Of a DNA stretch of 64,000 nt, positions 16,984 through 26,008 are shown piece after piece (position 1 is the stretch's first letter; the number at the start of each line of letters is the position of its first letter). The stretch covers positions 1 through 64,000 of the IMG/VR virus record IMGVR_UViG_3300029880_000008; one strand, 5' to 3'. Origin of the DNA: a virus. Position numbers and translations under genes: made by a program. The notes below the pieces were generated by a model. That model did no database searches. It was not told the origin of the DNA and was given only the letters and a program-made list of their open reading frames with translations.

Positions 16984-17246
16984 TCGTTTTTTACTTTTTT
17001 TTAATTTTACTGTAAGTCGGATTTCTCCGTTAAATGCTCATCGCCAATGTTATGGAAAGGTTTTTTGTCAGCAACACTGTTCCTACCTCACAGAACTGTT
17101 TAATCACTGACCGCAGAGCAACAGACTTGAACAAACATCCGTTGGTGCCTATATATTCTCTCCTAACGTAGCACCCGAAGTGCTTAGGCTAATCAACTTG
17201 GGCTTTTTCAAGCCCACAGGTCTTTAACCTGTGGGTTGTTGACACG
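16984..17246 (-). ncRNA. Candidate IscB omega-RNA (guide plus scaffold)
   Basis: ORF-free 263 nt directly 5' of iscB. Minus-strand hairpins: CCCACAGG..CCTGTGGG, GGGCTTGAAAAAGCCC, and CCTAAGCAC-TTCG-GGTGCTACGTTAGG with a UUCG tetraloop. Confidence 0.65.
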
Positions 17247-18362
17247 CTACAAATCGTTTTTATAATCGTTAGAAATAATCCAGGAGCTCATTACAATATT
17301 GAATATCAGCAAGAGAATAATAATGGCCCAGTACTGCCCGTCGGTAAGCTCGATGGTAAGATAATCAAAATCCTCGAAGTTCTTTCTGTGCCATTCCTTT
17401 TCTACAATCGGACCGATGTACTCGGCGTAATTTTCGAGATTTACAGGATTACTCATAAACCAGTCTCTACTCTTAACGCCTACGACCGGGCTATCACACC
17501 ATGAAAATGCGTTGCACCACTTGACATTCTTGTTTTTGTCAATACCGACGCACACGACAAGCTCATTCTTGTTGCCGCCCTGCCAGTATGAGCGCTGCTT
17601 TTCAACTATTTCTTCCGGCTTGTTCGTAAAAAACAGGACGAACACCCTAAACTGCTTCCGCTCGCCATAGTATCCGTTCAGCCATCTCATCGCCTTCTCC
17701 TGGTTCTTCGGAATCTTCAGTCCAAGCACAGGGTTCTGGTCATAAAGAACGATATCCGGATACTCGAACAATCCAAGCTTTCGTGCCTGTTGATAATCAA
17801 TATCATCAAACTTGAAAATAGAACGCGAGGCTTTCACTTTATTCTTATAATCGTGCTCGGAAGATAATGTGTACGAGTTTTCAATGGAGCCATCCCACGC
17901 CCATTCCTGAGCATCGCCATCCTTAGTGTAGTAATCCCTGTGCATATCAATGAACACGCTTTGGGTTCCGAGAATCTTTCTGACTACATTAAACTCGTTG
18001 TCGGTCATGAAGTATTCTTCCTTGTTCCTAGCATCAAAATAAGTCCAACGTTCAGGGTGATTGTCTACGTACGAACAATCGTATGTTTCCGTACGTTTAT
18101 TCTTTCCGCTTCCAACGGTCCTTGTACACGTGCGGTGTATGTACTCATTCCAGGCATCGTAATGACGGATTCTTGTCACGTAGCTTCCAAGATACTCCGT
18201 GTCAGCAGCATTGGACTGCTTGAACACGAACTCCATGAGGATGCCTATGAGGATGGAAGGAACAATGAGTACTGCGTATTCCCACCAGGTGGTCTGCTTC
18301 CTGAAGAAAATCAACAGGAAAGCAGCAACCACGAATGGGATTAGGAATATGAATATTTCCAT
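17247..18362 (-). CDS. Membrane protein (two N-terminal TM helices, one C-terminal TM helix)
   Basis: 371-aa ORF. MEIFIFLIPFVVAAFLLIFF, YAVLIVPSILIGILMEFVF and a C-terminal YWAIIILLLIFNIVMSSWII. Confidence 0.6.
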   Translation of the reverse strand: MEIFIFLIPFVVAAFLLIFFRKQTTWWEYAVLIVPSILIGILMEFVFKQSNAADTEYLGSYVTRIRHYDAWNEYIHRTCTRTVGSGKNKRTETYDCSYVDNHPERWTYFDARNKEEYFMTDNEFNVVRKILGTQSVFIDMHRDYYTKDGDAQEWAWDGSIENSYTLSSEHDYKNKVKASRSIFKFDDIDYQQARKLGLFEYPDIVLYDQNPVLGLKIPKNQEKAMRWLNGYYGERKQFRVFVLFFTNKPEEIVEKQRSYWQGGNKNELVVCVGIDKNKNVKWCNAFSWCDSPVVGVKSRDWFMSNPVNLENYAEYIGPIVEKEWHRKNFEDFDYLTIELTDGQYWAIIILLLIFNIVMSSWIISNDYKNDL

Positions 18363-18368
18363 AAGCCG

Positions 18369-18914
18369 TTACTTCTTGAACAGGTCTACGTCGTTATCCT
18401 CTCCAAGCTGCATGATCATCTTTGTCTTGGATGAGGAGATAACCTTGTATTCGATAGGTTTTGTATCGGAGATGAACCATTTTGCCGGATATGTCTTCAC
18501 GAGCGTCTCGTGCTCACGGATGATATCAATCATTCTCTCCTGTGATGTCTGAAACTCGGAGCGCTGAATCTCTATTGACTGCATGAGGTCCTTGTATAGC
18601 GAAACGTCGAAGTTAGGATTACTTTCCTTGATCCACTTCATAAGAGAGCCGTCTCCCTTTGAGTATCTGCCCTCGATAAGTTTCGGATAGATGGACTCGA
18701 ATGCGGACTTGTACTCATCCGTAACCTGTGCCTTATTCTGAAGAACCTTCCACATCTTGTCGTGAACACCCTCAATCTTGCCACGCTGAGCCTCAGACTG
18801 CTGGCGAAGTGAGATTTCCTGGTTGTTGTAATGGAAATAACAACCGATAACTGAACCTGCGGCGAGTACTACTATTGCGAGTACTGATGCCAAAATAATG
18901 TTTTTTACACTCAT
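18369..18914 (-). CDS. LemA-like membrane-anchored protein (tentative)
   Basis: N-terminal TM helix followed by a HYNNQEISLRQQSEAQRGKIEGVHDKMWKVLQNKAQV layout that recalls LemA. Confidence 0.4.
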   Translation of the reverse strand: MSVKNIILASVLAIVVLAAGSVIGCYFHYNNQEISLRQQSEAQRGKIEGVHDKMWKVLQNKAQVTDEYKSAFESIYPKLIEGRYSKGDGSLMKWIKESNPNFDVSLYKDLMQSIEIQRSEFQTSQERMIDIIREHETLVKTYPAKWFISDTKPIEYKVISSSKTKMIMQLGEDNDVDLFKK

Positions 18915-18941
18915 AATGTTTAAAATTTAAAAAAATTATAC

Positions 18942-19853
18942 TTAGTCTTTTTGGTTTGACAACTTGTTATTGAGCCTGATGTAGAAGTCTTCCTCAGACT
19001 CTCCGTTCTCCTTGAAGTCAAGATTGTTTTCCTCAACGAAGTCAAGGATGGAATATACGCTCTTATTGCCGAGATTCCTGAGCTTCATAAGCTCTGACCT
19101 TCCGCGGAGATTACGAACCAGGTCACCTACTGTATATACGTCGAGTGTTTTGAGTGCATTCAGGATGCGGACAGAGAATCCGCAGTCATTTATATCCCTG
19201 GAAAGGATCAGCGGAGGAAGTACTGCGCTACTGACAGGCTTGTCTCCTTTCGCGCGCCGGTATTCGTCGAAGCTTACCTGTAGAGACTTGATTACCTTCT
19301 TCAGGCGCTCAACTTCATACTGCAAGGCTCTGTTCGTGGAGAGCTCAGCAATGACAATATCCTCGTTGTAGGTAAGTTTGTTGCAAGTCTTGTCTATAAT
19401 CTGCCTGATTCTAGTTGCAGACACGCCGTACTTGATTGACAGTTCGTCATAGGTCATTCCGTTAATGACGTCCTTAAGAAGACTGGACTCACGATAGGTA
19501 AGATTCGGTAATACACCAAGATGCGACATTGTATTGATTACACCGAACAGCATGCCTACAGCGTTTGCAGCCAGCTTGCCGTTTGCGGTAGCTCTGTCTC
19601 TCAGTTCAGTGAGTTCTACGTTGATTGCGCGCTTGCGATACTCGACTTCCTTGAGCTTCTCGTCAATCATCTTCTCGTTTGCTGCAATCATCTTGTATTT
19701 CTGAGCATATTTCTCGATATCCTCGCTGTTGACATACAGGATGCCGTGTTCGCCTACGTAGCTTCCAAGGATTCCTTCCTTGATGTAGTTGCTGATAGTC
19801 TGTCTTGATACTCCCAGTATCTCGGCAGCTTTGTTTCTTGTTATTCTTGCCAT
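18942..19853 (-). CDS. Multi-domain transcription regulator: N-terminal HTH, sigma-70 region-4-like HTH, RNAP alpha-CTD-like domain
   Basis: N-terminus: RITRNKAAEILGVSRQTISNYIKEG. Middle: LTYRESSLLKDVINGMTYDELSIKYGVSATRIRQIIDKTCNKL. C-terminus: FSVRILNALKTLDVYTVGDLVRNLRGRSELMKLRNLGNKSVYSILDFV, compared with E. coli alpha-CTD LTVRSANCLK...IGDLV...ELLKTPNLGKKSLTEI. Confidence 0.6.
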   Translation of the reverse strand: MARITRNKAAEILGVSRQTISNYIKEGILGSYVGEHGILYVNSEDIEKYAQKYKMIAANEKMIDEKLKEVEYRKRAINVELTELRDRATANGKLAANAVGMLFGVINTMSHLGVLPNLTYRESSLLKDVINGMTYDELSIKYGVSATRIRQIIDKTCNKLTYNEDIVIAELSTNRALQYEVERLKKVIKSLQVSFDEYRRAKGDKPVSSAVLPPLILSRDINDCGFSVRILNALKTLDVYTVGDLVRNLRGRSELMKLRNLGNKSVYSILDFVEENNLDFKENGESEEDFYIRLNNKLSNQKD

Positions 19854-20348
19854 AGAACTAATGTTTAACGTTTTTCTTCATTTACATATACAACACCTCT
19901 ATACCCATAAGAATAAATGGGATAGCCAAGCGAGCCGAACCTTATTTTTTATCAACTACAATATATATAATATACCATAGTAGTTCGTACTCCTTGTAAA
20001 GCCAGCATAAGTCTTCTGATACCCACAGAGCTTTGTTCGTTATGGTCGGCTTTCTCATTTCTGATATGGGCACCCGTCGTGAGGTGACACGTTGCGGGAT
20101 TTACACAACCATAATGTAACTTACCTGACAGAGCAGTTTTATATATCGGTCGATAACTCCGAAGAGGACTGCACGGATTAAACCTCGTATGTATTTGCTT
20201 GAAACTTTGAGATAGGGTAAAGAAAAAACCCTATCCGCCGTCTGGGTCACGCTCCAAACTTTGGATAGGGTATATCATTGTAGTTGAACTAATCAACTTC
20301 TAGATAAAACTTATTTATTTGCTAGCGCGTGACTTCTAACAAGCACTG

Positions 20349-20356
20349 CAAAGATA
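20349..20356 (-). promoter_or_regulatory. Bacteroidota -7 promoter box TATCTTTG (leftward)
   Basis: Plus strand reads CAAAGATA. It lies about 490 nt upstream of the 19853 start, which implies a long leader. Confidence 0.4.
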
Positions 20357-20623
20357 CGACGATTTTCTATTCCGTGCAATAGTTCAGTTTTCACCATAAA
20401 CCGTACTTATTAAAGTAAAAAGTGAGGACAAGTATTTTAAAGATACTGGTATAGCTAAAGGTTTCAAGCGAAGTAAAAACAGCTGATTGCAGCATTCATT
20501 AAAGTACAGAATGTTTACAATTAACGTAGTTTAAGAAAAAAGTGTGATTTTCGTTGCTTTTTTGGTGGCTATCTTAATAAAATAGCCGCCTATCTGTAAG
20601 TGGATAAGCGGCTAGTTGTATTG

Positions 20624-20971
20624 CTATTTGTCTGTATCGAAGCGAAGTCCTTGCTTTGCCTCCTCCGGGGAAGAGACATCCTTCTTCAGAAGGTAATGTA
20701 TGTGTCCGTCATAATTCAATTCGGTAACGAACTGCCATCCTCTCGCTGACATGTAGTTGAGAATGTCGGTGAGGTTATTGAACTCAATCTTCTTTCCCTC
20801 CTCGTTACGAAGGGCTACAAGTTGCTTCAGCTCGCCCCATTCAAGTTCTAGTCTGATCTTCATCGCCAGGTTGTACGTACCGCTAATGGTACAGTAGTAA
20901 GGATGCTTCTCCTGTGCGAAGGATGATGCCGTTACAAGTGCAAACATCAGCATAAATAAAATCTTCTTCAT
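20624..20971 (-). CDS. Secreted small protein (moron)
   Basis: Signal peptide MKKILFMLMFALVTASSFA/QE. Confidence 0.6.
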   Translation of the reverse strand: MKKILFMLMFALVTASSFAQEKHPYYCTISGTYNLAMKIRLELEWGELKQLVALRNEEGKKIEFNNLTDILNYMSARGWQFVTELNYDGHIHYLLKKDVSSPEEAKQGLRFDTDK

Positions 20972-21010
20972 AGAAATGACTTAACCGTGATGTCGAGGGC
21001 TGAAGGGTTA

Positions 21011-21262
21011 TTATTTTACTTCATTTTCGTCTCCAATAGCATCCGTGAGTCTATCGACAAGGAAGCTGCAAGCTTCAGACAGGCTGTTTGCACTCTGACG
21101 GAGCAGCATCATCTCTGCAACAGCGCCAGCGTCTTGCTTTCCACCGTGCTTTGGGTACGCCAAGTCAAGCATATCAATGCTATGATTACTAACCAAGTCA
21201 TTGATCAGCTCATAAACATTATCCACCTTGTTTCTGGCTGTAACTAAATTCTCTGTTGTCAT
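21011..21262 (-). CDS. Hypothetical protein
   Basis: ORF 21011..21379 trimmed to the Met at 21262 (MTTENLV...), which carries the early-gene cassette upstream. Confidence 0.5.
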   Translation of the reverse strand: MTTENLVTARNKVDNVYELINDLVSNHSIDMLDLAYPKHGGKQDAGAVAEMMLLRQSANSLSEACSFLVDRLTDAIGDENEVK

Positions 21263-21427
21263 ATTCTTATCGCTTGACCGTGTTGCGTAGGGCTTGGTTA
21301 TTAATTGCAGGAGCCGAAGCTCCCTATTTTTGGCTAATCGGGGCCGTTTTAAAAAATCCCCTCCTACCCTCACGGGCAAGAGAGGACACTCATTTAAACA
21401 ATCTAGCTATGAAAAACTAGAAATATC

Positions 21428-21856
21428 TTATTTTCCGCACTTAACAACTTCGAAAACACGATGCTCTCTGTCGGCGGAAAGTCTATTACCTTCTTCATCG
21501 CATATGTGGCCCTCTTCGTTGACCCACATCTTCTGGTTGAACATCTCTTCGCACATTCCCAGGATCTTAAGATATTCCTGTGCCTCGAAGATGACGTTCT
21601 TGCCATCACGCTCTGCCCTCTTGAAGTTCTCGATAAGGTCAGGATTCAGGTCAGGTGCAGTGATATCGTACTCATCCATTTCATCGTGATAGTGGATGTT
21701 GAGAATCTCCAACTCTTCCACCATTGCGGAGTTCGTACCAATCTCGCCAGTCAGAGCCTTCATCACGGTCTCCTTTTCGAGCTTTTCGTACTTCTTCCGG
21801 CACTCATTGATGAGTTTATTCAACTCTTCTACTGTATAATCTTCTACCATATTCAT
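21428..21856 (-). CDS. Hypothetical acidic protein
   Basis: 142-aa ORF with the cassette upstream. Confidence 0.55.
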   Translation of the reverse strand: MNMVEDYTVEELNKLINECRKKYEKLEKETVMKALTGEIGTNSAMVEELEILNIHYHDEMDEYDITAPDLNPDLIENFKRAERDGKNVIFEAQEYLKILGMCEEMFNQKMWVNEEGHICDEEGNRLSADREHRVFEVVKCGK

Positions 21857-21913
21857 TATTTTAATTGGTTAAACAATGGCAGGAGATGGCTGCTAACCAC
21901 CTCCAGTTTTAGC

Positions 21914-22933
21914 TTAATCCTCATCTAGACCGTTATCGAGGTCTTCTTCATAGACGCCGAACAATCTCAGTGTATTGCTGTCAATCTCGGTCTTACCGAC
22001 AATGTAGCGCTGTGTCATCTGTATATTAGGCATACCGTTACTGGTATGTCCCATCATGACGGCAATCTGCTCAAGAGGCACTCCCTTCTTTGAGAGATTC
22101 GTTGCGAACGAGCGTCTGCCGGTATGGGATGATACGAACCGATACTTCTTTCCTGTCTCTTCCTTTCCAGCCTTGAACACCTTCGTGTTCGTATCTATTC
22201 CGCAGTCACGGCAGATATCGCGGAGTGCTCTATTGAACGTCCTTTCACCTATCTCACCCGGAAGAGGCTCGTCACCAGTACCGCATACGAGGAACTTGCG
22301 GAGCTTCTTGTGAAGTGGGACCCTTACCTCGGTCTTTGTCTTCTGAGTAACATACACGAGGAAGTGTCCGGTATCATCTATGTTCTCTTCTGTCATTCTC
22401 TGGCAGTCGCTGTAACGTGCGCCACAGAGACATTCCATGATAAACATTCTCTGAACATATCTTTTTGTTTTCCCGTGAGGATTGTACTTGATGATTCTGT
22501 TTATCTCCTCATCAGAGAGATATACAGACTGGACCGGTACAGCCTTCGCTCTAAGTATTCTGCCGAACGTAGGACTAGGAATTTCCCTGGTAGCATCGTT
22601 CTCACGTATCACAGCCTTGATGGTTGCACATACGGTTCTTGCCGAGTTAGGAGCGTAGTTCTCCTGGATCTTCTCGAAGAGGTCGCGCAGATTGTCGTCG
22701 GTGATGTCTTCCCATAATGGCTTATGCCCAAGCATCTCTTCGAACATCCTTACAACCTTAATAAGCTTCGGGTATTTCCAGATGTATGCACCATAGAACG
22801 TGTCATGCCTCCAGGCGTTGCTGTGATAATTGGCGAACCAACCCTGCTTGATGGCAGTCTTGTACTTCTGCTGCTGTGTGTAGCTAAGAAGTCTCTCCCA
22901 ATCTCTTGTCTTGATTCTTATTTCTTCTGTCAT
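21914..22933 (-). CDS. Second tyrosine recombinase (phage-integrase family)
   Basis: CGARYSDC (Arg I), HTGRRSFAT (HxxR), MMGH and TQRYIV (Tyr) boxes are all present. 339 aa. Confidence 0.8.
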   Translation of the reverse strand: MTEEIRIKTRDWERLLSYTQQQKYKTAIKQGWFANYHSNAWRHDTFYGAYIWKYPKLIKVVRMFEEMLGHKPLWEDITDDNLRDLFEKIQENYAPNSARTVCATIKAVIRENDATREIPSPTFGRILRAKAVPVQSVYLSDEEINRIIKYNPHGKTKRYVQRMFIMECLCGARYSDCQRMTEENIDDTGHFLVYVTQKTKTEVRVPLHKKLRKFLVCGTGDEPLPGEIGERTFNRALRDICRDCGIDTNTKVFKAGKEETGKKYRFVSSHTGRRSFATNLSKKGVPLEQIAVMMGHTSNGMPNIQMTQRYIVGKTEIDSNTLRLFGVYEEDLDNGLDED

Positions 22934-22959
22934 AATTCTATAATTTTGGTTACTAGTGG

Positions 22960-22967
22960 CAAAGATA
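22960..22967 (-). promoter_or_regulatory. Bacteroidota -7 promoter box TATCTTTG (leftward)
   Basis: Plus strand reads CAAAGATA, about 30 nt upstream of the recombinase ATG. Confidence 0.5.
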
Positions 22968-23016
22968 CGAAAAGTTTATAATATAAACCATCGTCTTTGC
23001 CGTTTTTAACGCTAAT

Positions 23017-23535
23017 TTAACCTTCCGAAGCAGTCTGCTTCTCGACTGATACGAGTCTTAGGGTAGAACCATTATGGTCATTCCACACACGCATGTAGTC
23101 TTCCGCCTCATCCAATGCATCTTTATATGATTTTGCTCGGAATACGTACGGATTCTCCTTAGGAATGAAAATTCCATCATTGTAGGCAATCTTATACTTT
23201 GCAGCATAGACACCAATATAGCCGTTCAGCTCATCGTTCAGACTAGTAGCGATGTCTGCAAGAAGGTCAACGGGTATATCGTCATCTGTAGCTTTTGCTT
23301 CCGGGAATTCAAACCCTATAGAAGTGCATCGGCTATGAATGATAGGGATAGCCGTATCGCTGCCGCCTACCTCTACTATGTTCACCTCCCTGTTGTCGTC
23401 GGCACGTACAGGCCAATCGAACACCTTTCTGCTCACATTTTGCTCTCTCATTATCTCACGGATGGTGCATGCAAGTTCCATCTTTGCTGTTGAACGCAAC
23501 TCATCAATCTTGTCTTTCAGTACTTTTCTATCCAT
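23017..23535 (-). CDS. Hypothetical early protein
   Basis: ORF trimmed to the cassette-associated Met (MDRKVLK...). Confidence 0.55.
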   Translation of the reverse strand: MDRKVLKDKIDELRSTAKMELACTIREIMREQNVSRKVFDWPVRADDNREVNIVEVGGSDTAIPIIHSRCTSIGFEFPEAKATDDDIPVDLLADIATSLNDELNGYIGVYAAKYKIAYNDGIFIPKENPYVFRAKSYKDALDEAEDYMRVWNDHNGSTLRLVSVEKQTASEG

Positions 23536-23592
23536 AATCTTAATATTTTGGTTTAACTTGATGCCCACCGTTTTCCGGCAGGCTTGTTTGGC

Positions 23593-24165
23593 TTAGTCTT
23601 TTCTTTCGATATCTAGGCCCGTAAGCACGCCTTTCATATAGGCTAATGTCTCTTCCTTGCATTCCGATAGAAACTTCTGGCATCCATCAATGATAACGCC
23701 GTACTTACCGCTCGGATAATTCTGTAGAGAGCACGAGTGGTAATGCTTTCCGGATTTCTCCTCGATTTCTCCTGCGAGTCGCTTCCCTTCGTCGGTCTCA
23801 TTTGGACGATTTTCTGGGTACTCATCGTAAAAATACTCGTGCCATAAATCTAGTAGCATATCCTTGCAATCCTCCATATCTTGCAAAATATCCGATAATT
23901 TGTATGGTGCGCCGTTAGCACCATGTCCATCCTCGCCAATCCATTTACTGGCTTCCTCGTCAGGATCGAAGTCGCTATAATATTGATACAACTTATCCAT
24001 GAAGTCAGACTTATTGCCATTCTCGAACCAAATTGTGGCAATGAAATCTTGGCCTTGTGGGGAATACTTCTCTAACTCGACGCAAACCTCACCTCTTTCG
24101 TTAGGTGTATCGTCAACATTATAACTCCATCCTAAATTCTCTGCTAATTTCAAAAAATCATTCAT
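23593..24165 (-). CDS. Hypothetical acidic early protein
   Basis: 190-aa ORF with the cassette upstream. Confidence 0.55.
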   Translation of the reverse strand: MNDFLKLAENLGWSYNVDDTPNERGEVCVELEKYSPQGQDFIATIWFENGNKSDFMDKLYQYYSDFDPDEEASKWIGEDGHGANGAPYKLSDILQDMEDCKDMLLDLWHEYFYDEYPENRPNETDEGKRLAGEIEEKSGKHYHSCSLQNYPSGKYGVIIDGCQKFLSECKEETLAYMKGVLTGLDIERKD

Positions 24166-24213
24166 ATCTTTAATTTTAATTGGTAAAACATTGCACCCTC
24201 CGAAGAGGGCTTT

Positions 24214-24609
24214 TTAGGCTTCCTGGTAAGCGAGAATCTGTATGTGACGCATCTCGAAATTGACGAAGATGTTAAGATATATGCCATCGTCAGTAAGGAG
24301 CGTGGTTCCGTTGTTCTCCTCGGTGATAATTTTCTTTTGTTCTGTGCCAATAAGATTATTCACCAAATCGTTTGCAACAATAGCAAGGCGTAGATTGTTC
24401 GCACAATCCTTTATCCATGTGACATCCATCGCATTGCCATATACCTCTGCGTGACAGGCGTTAGAATAGATAAAACCGACAGCCTCGTTGCATCTGTCGT
24501 CCGTATATTTACCTTCATCGAACATCTTCTCCCACAGAGACTCATAATAGAGTTCGTTCTCCATGTTGTAATTGTCCAACTTACACACATTTACATCTAC
24601 TATTTCCAT
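24214..24609 (-). CDS. Hypothetical early protein
   Basis: ORF trimmed to the cassette-associated Met (MEIVDV...). Confidence 0.55.
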   Translation of the reverse strand: MEIVDVNVCKLDNYNMENELYYESLWEKMFDEGKYTDDRCNEAVGFIYSNACHAEVYGNAMDVTWIKDCANNLRLAIVANDLVNNLIGTEQKKIITEENNGTTLLTDDGIYLNIFVNFEMRHIQILAYQEA

Positions 24610-24675
24610 AATCATTCTATTTAATTGGTTAATGTTGGGAGCGTGAAACAATAATGTTCCACGTCTTGTTCGGTT

Positions 24676-25110
24676 TTACACCGGCAGAGACACGATGTAT
24701 TCCTTCTTCTTCTTTCGTGTTCTGCTCTTCACAGTGAATCCACAAAAATCTCTCAGCCACCCGGCAGCATTGCCGATGAAAGGCTCGTTCACCATAAGGA
24801 TAGGACGGAGCATTCCGTTCTTCTTCATGAACTGATAGTCGGTGAAGTCGAACGGATCATCCAGGTCCTCACTCTTCTTTGCCCATATGTTCACGTCGAG
24901 ATAGTCGATGAAGTCTCCCTCTGGCGGGTTGTCCATCTCGATGAATCTCTTTGGAGTCAGGAGAATCGTTTCTTTCGCCTCATGGGTCATAAAGAAATTC
25001 TCTACAACCTCATTGAACTTATTCATGTCCATCTGTTTCTGGACAATGCCCTTTCTCTTCATGATGTCGGAAGCTTTGAGCATTTTTGTTCCTCTTCTTG
25101 CTGTTGCCAT
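24676..25110 (-). CDS. Hypothetical early protein
   Basis: 144-aa ORF with the cassette upstream. Confidence 0.55.
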   Translation of the reverse strand: MATARRGTKMLKASDIMKRKGIVQKQMDMNKFNEVVENFFMTHEAKETILLTPKRFIEMDNPPEGDFIDYLDVNIWAKKSEDLDDPFDFTDYQFMKKNGMLRPILMVNEPFIGNAAGWLRDFCGFTVKSRTRKKKKEYIVSLPV

Positions 25111-25169
25111 AATTCAAAATTTTAATTGGTTAGACATAGTACCCCGTCATTCCTGACGAGGATTTTTGG

Positions 25170-25874
25170 CTAGTGTGCAAGGAATCCTACCGCCTGCCCC
25201 TTACCGATGGACCAGCATAGTCTGTCTTCCTTCAGGCACTCTGTGCAGTTTCCGGTACACAGACGTGTTCCTTCCGGAGCAGACGTTCCGCTCTCGAAGA
25301 TAGGATGCGCCTCAGGGAATCCATGGCGGTTATCCATCTTAAGACCAAGCCATCCGCTGAATAGGATATGCATGTTCTCTGGGATTACATTGCCCTCATC
25401 GAGATACTCGTTGCATACATCGAACATCTTCGTGAACGCCAGGAACTTGGTATCCTTGTGCTTGCGTGCAATATCGCACATCTTGTCAAGATACCATTTA
25501 TCCTGGATATCACCACCGATATGGAATCGGAAGGCGCGAGGGAATCTGTAGTCGAGATACCCGTCAATCTCCTTGAAGTATCGCTCGGGATCCTCATGAT
25601 AGATTGCCGAGCTGATAGCTCTCGTCTTGATTACCTCCTTGTAGATAAGGTCGTTTCGCAGGTCGTAGCAGCTCTTTGCACAGATAGCGCAGTTGCCGCA
25701 GTCCATGACCGGGATGAGTGATATGGAAGGGATTGCTCCCAATTTTGTATTGCCATCGCTAATCTTGACGTGTAGGTTTTCTACGTTCTCTAATGCGTTC
25801 TCATAAGCTGCCTGTGCCTTTGACAGACGAGTCTTCATTCCTTCCTTACCTAATGTCCAGTAATTTCTACTCAT
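25170..25874 (-). CDS. Cys-cluster protein (possibly the GP88-like domain family)
   Basis: NTKLGAIPSISLIPVMDCGNCAICAKSCYD recalls the N.KLG...C..C...CY pattern of phage gp88-type proteins. There is a second cluster, CTGNCTEC. This is from memory and not searched. Confidence 0.35.
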   Translation of the reverse strand: MSRNYWTLGKEGMKTRLSKAQAAYENALENVENLHVKISDGNTKLGAIPSISLIPVMDCGNCAICAKSCYDLRNDLIYKEVIKTRAISSAIYHEDPERYFKEIDGYLDYRFPRAFRFHIGGDIQDKWYLDKMCDIARKHKDTKFLAFTKMFDVCNEYLDEGNVIPENMHILFSGWLGLKMDNRHGFPEAHPIFESGTSAPEGTRLCTGNCTECLKEDRLCWSIGKGQAVGFLAH

Positions 25875-26008
25875 AATTCTAATTTAAAATTGGTTAAACT
25901 TGTGGAACAAAAAACCGGCGTGTCTCACGACAGACCGGCTTGAACCATTTAAACAAAATTTAGTTATGATATGAGTAGTCAGCCGCTGCTAACGACTGAC
26001 CTGTTTGA

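Larger units (their letters stand above)
15705..17246 (-). mobile_element. IscB-only IS200/IS605-type (OMEGA) element
   Basis: iscB plus 263 nt of upstream structured non-coding DNA. Nearly identical imperfect palindromes sit at both ends in the same orientation: CCCACAAATCTTTAGTTTGTGGG (15716-15738) and CCCACAGGTCTTTAACCTGTGGG (17213-17235). No tnpA is present. Confidence 0.65.
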
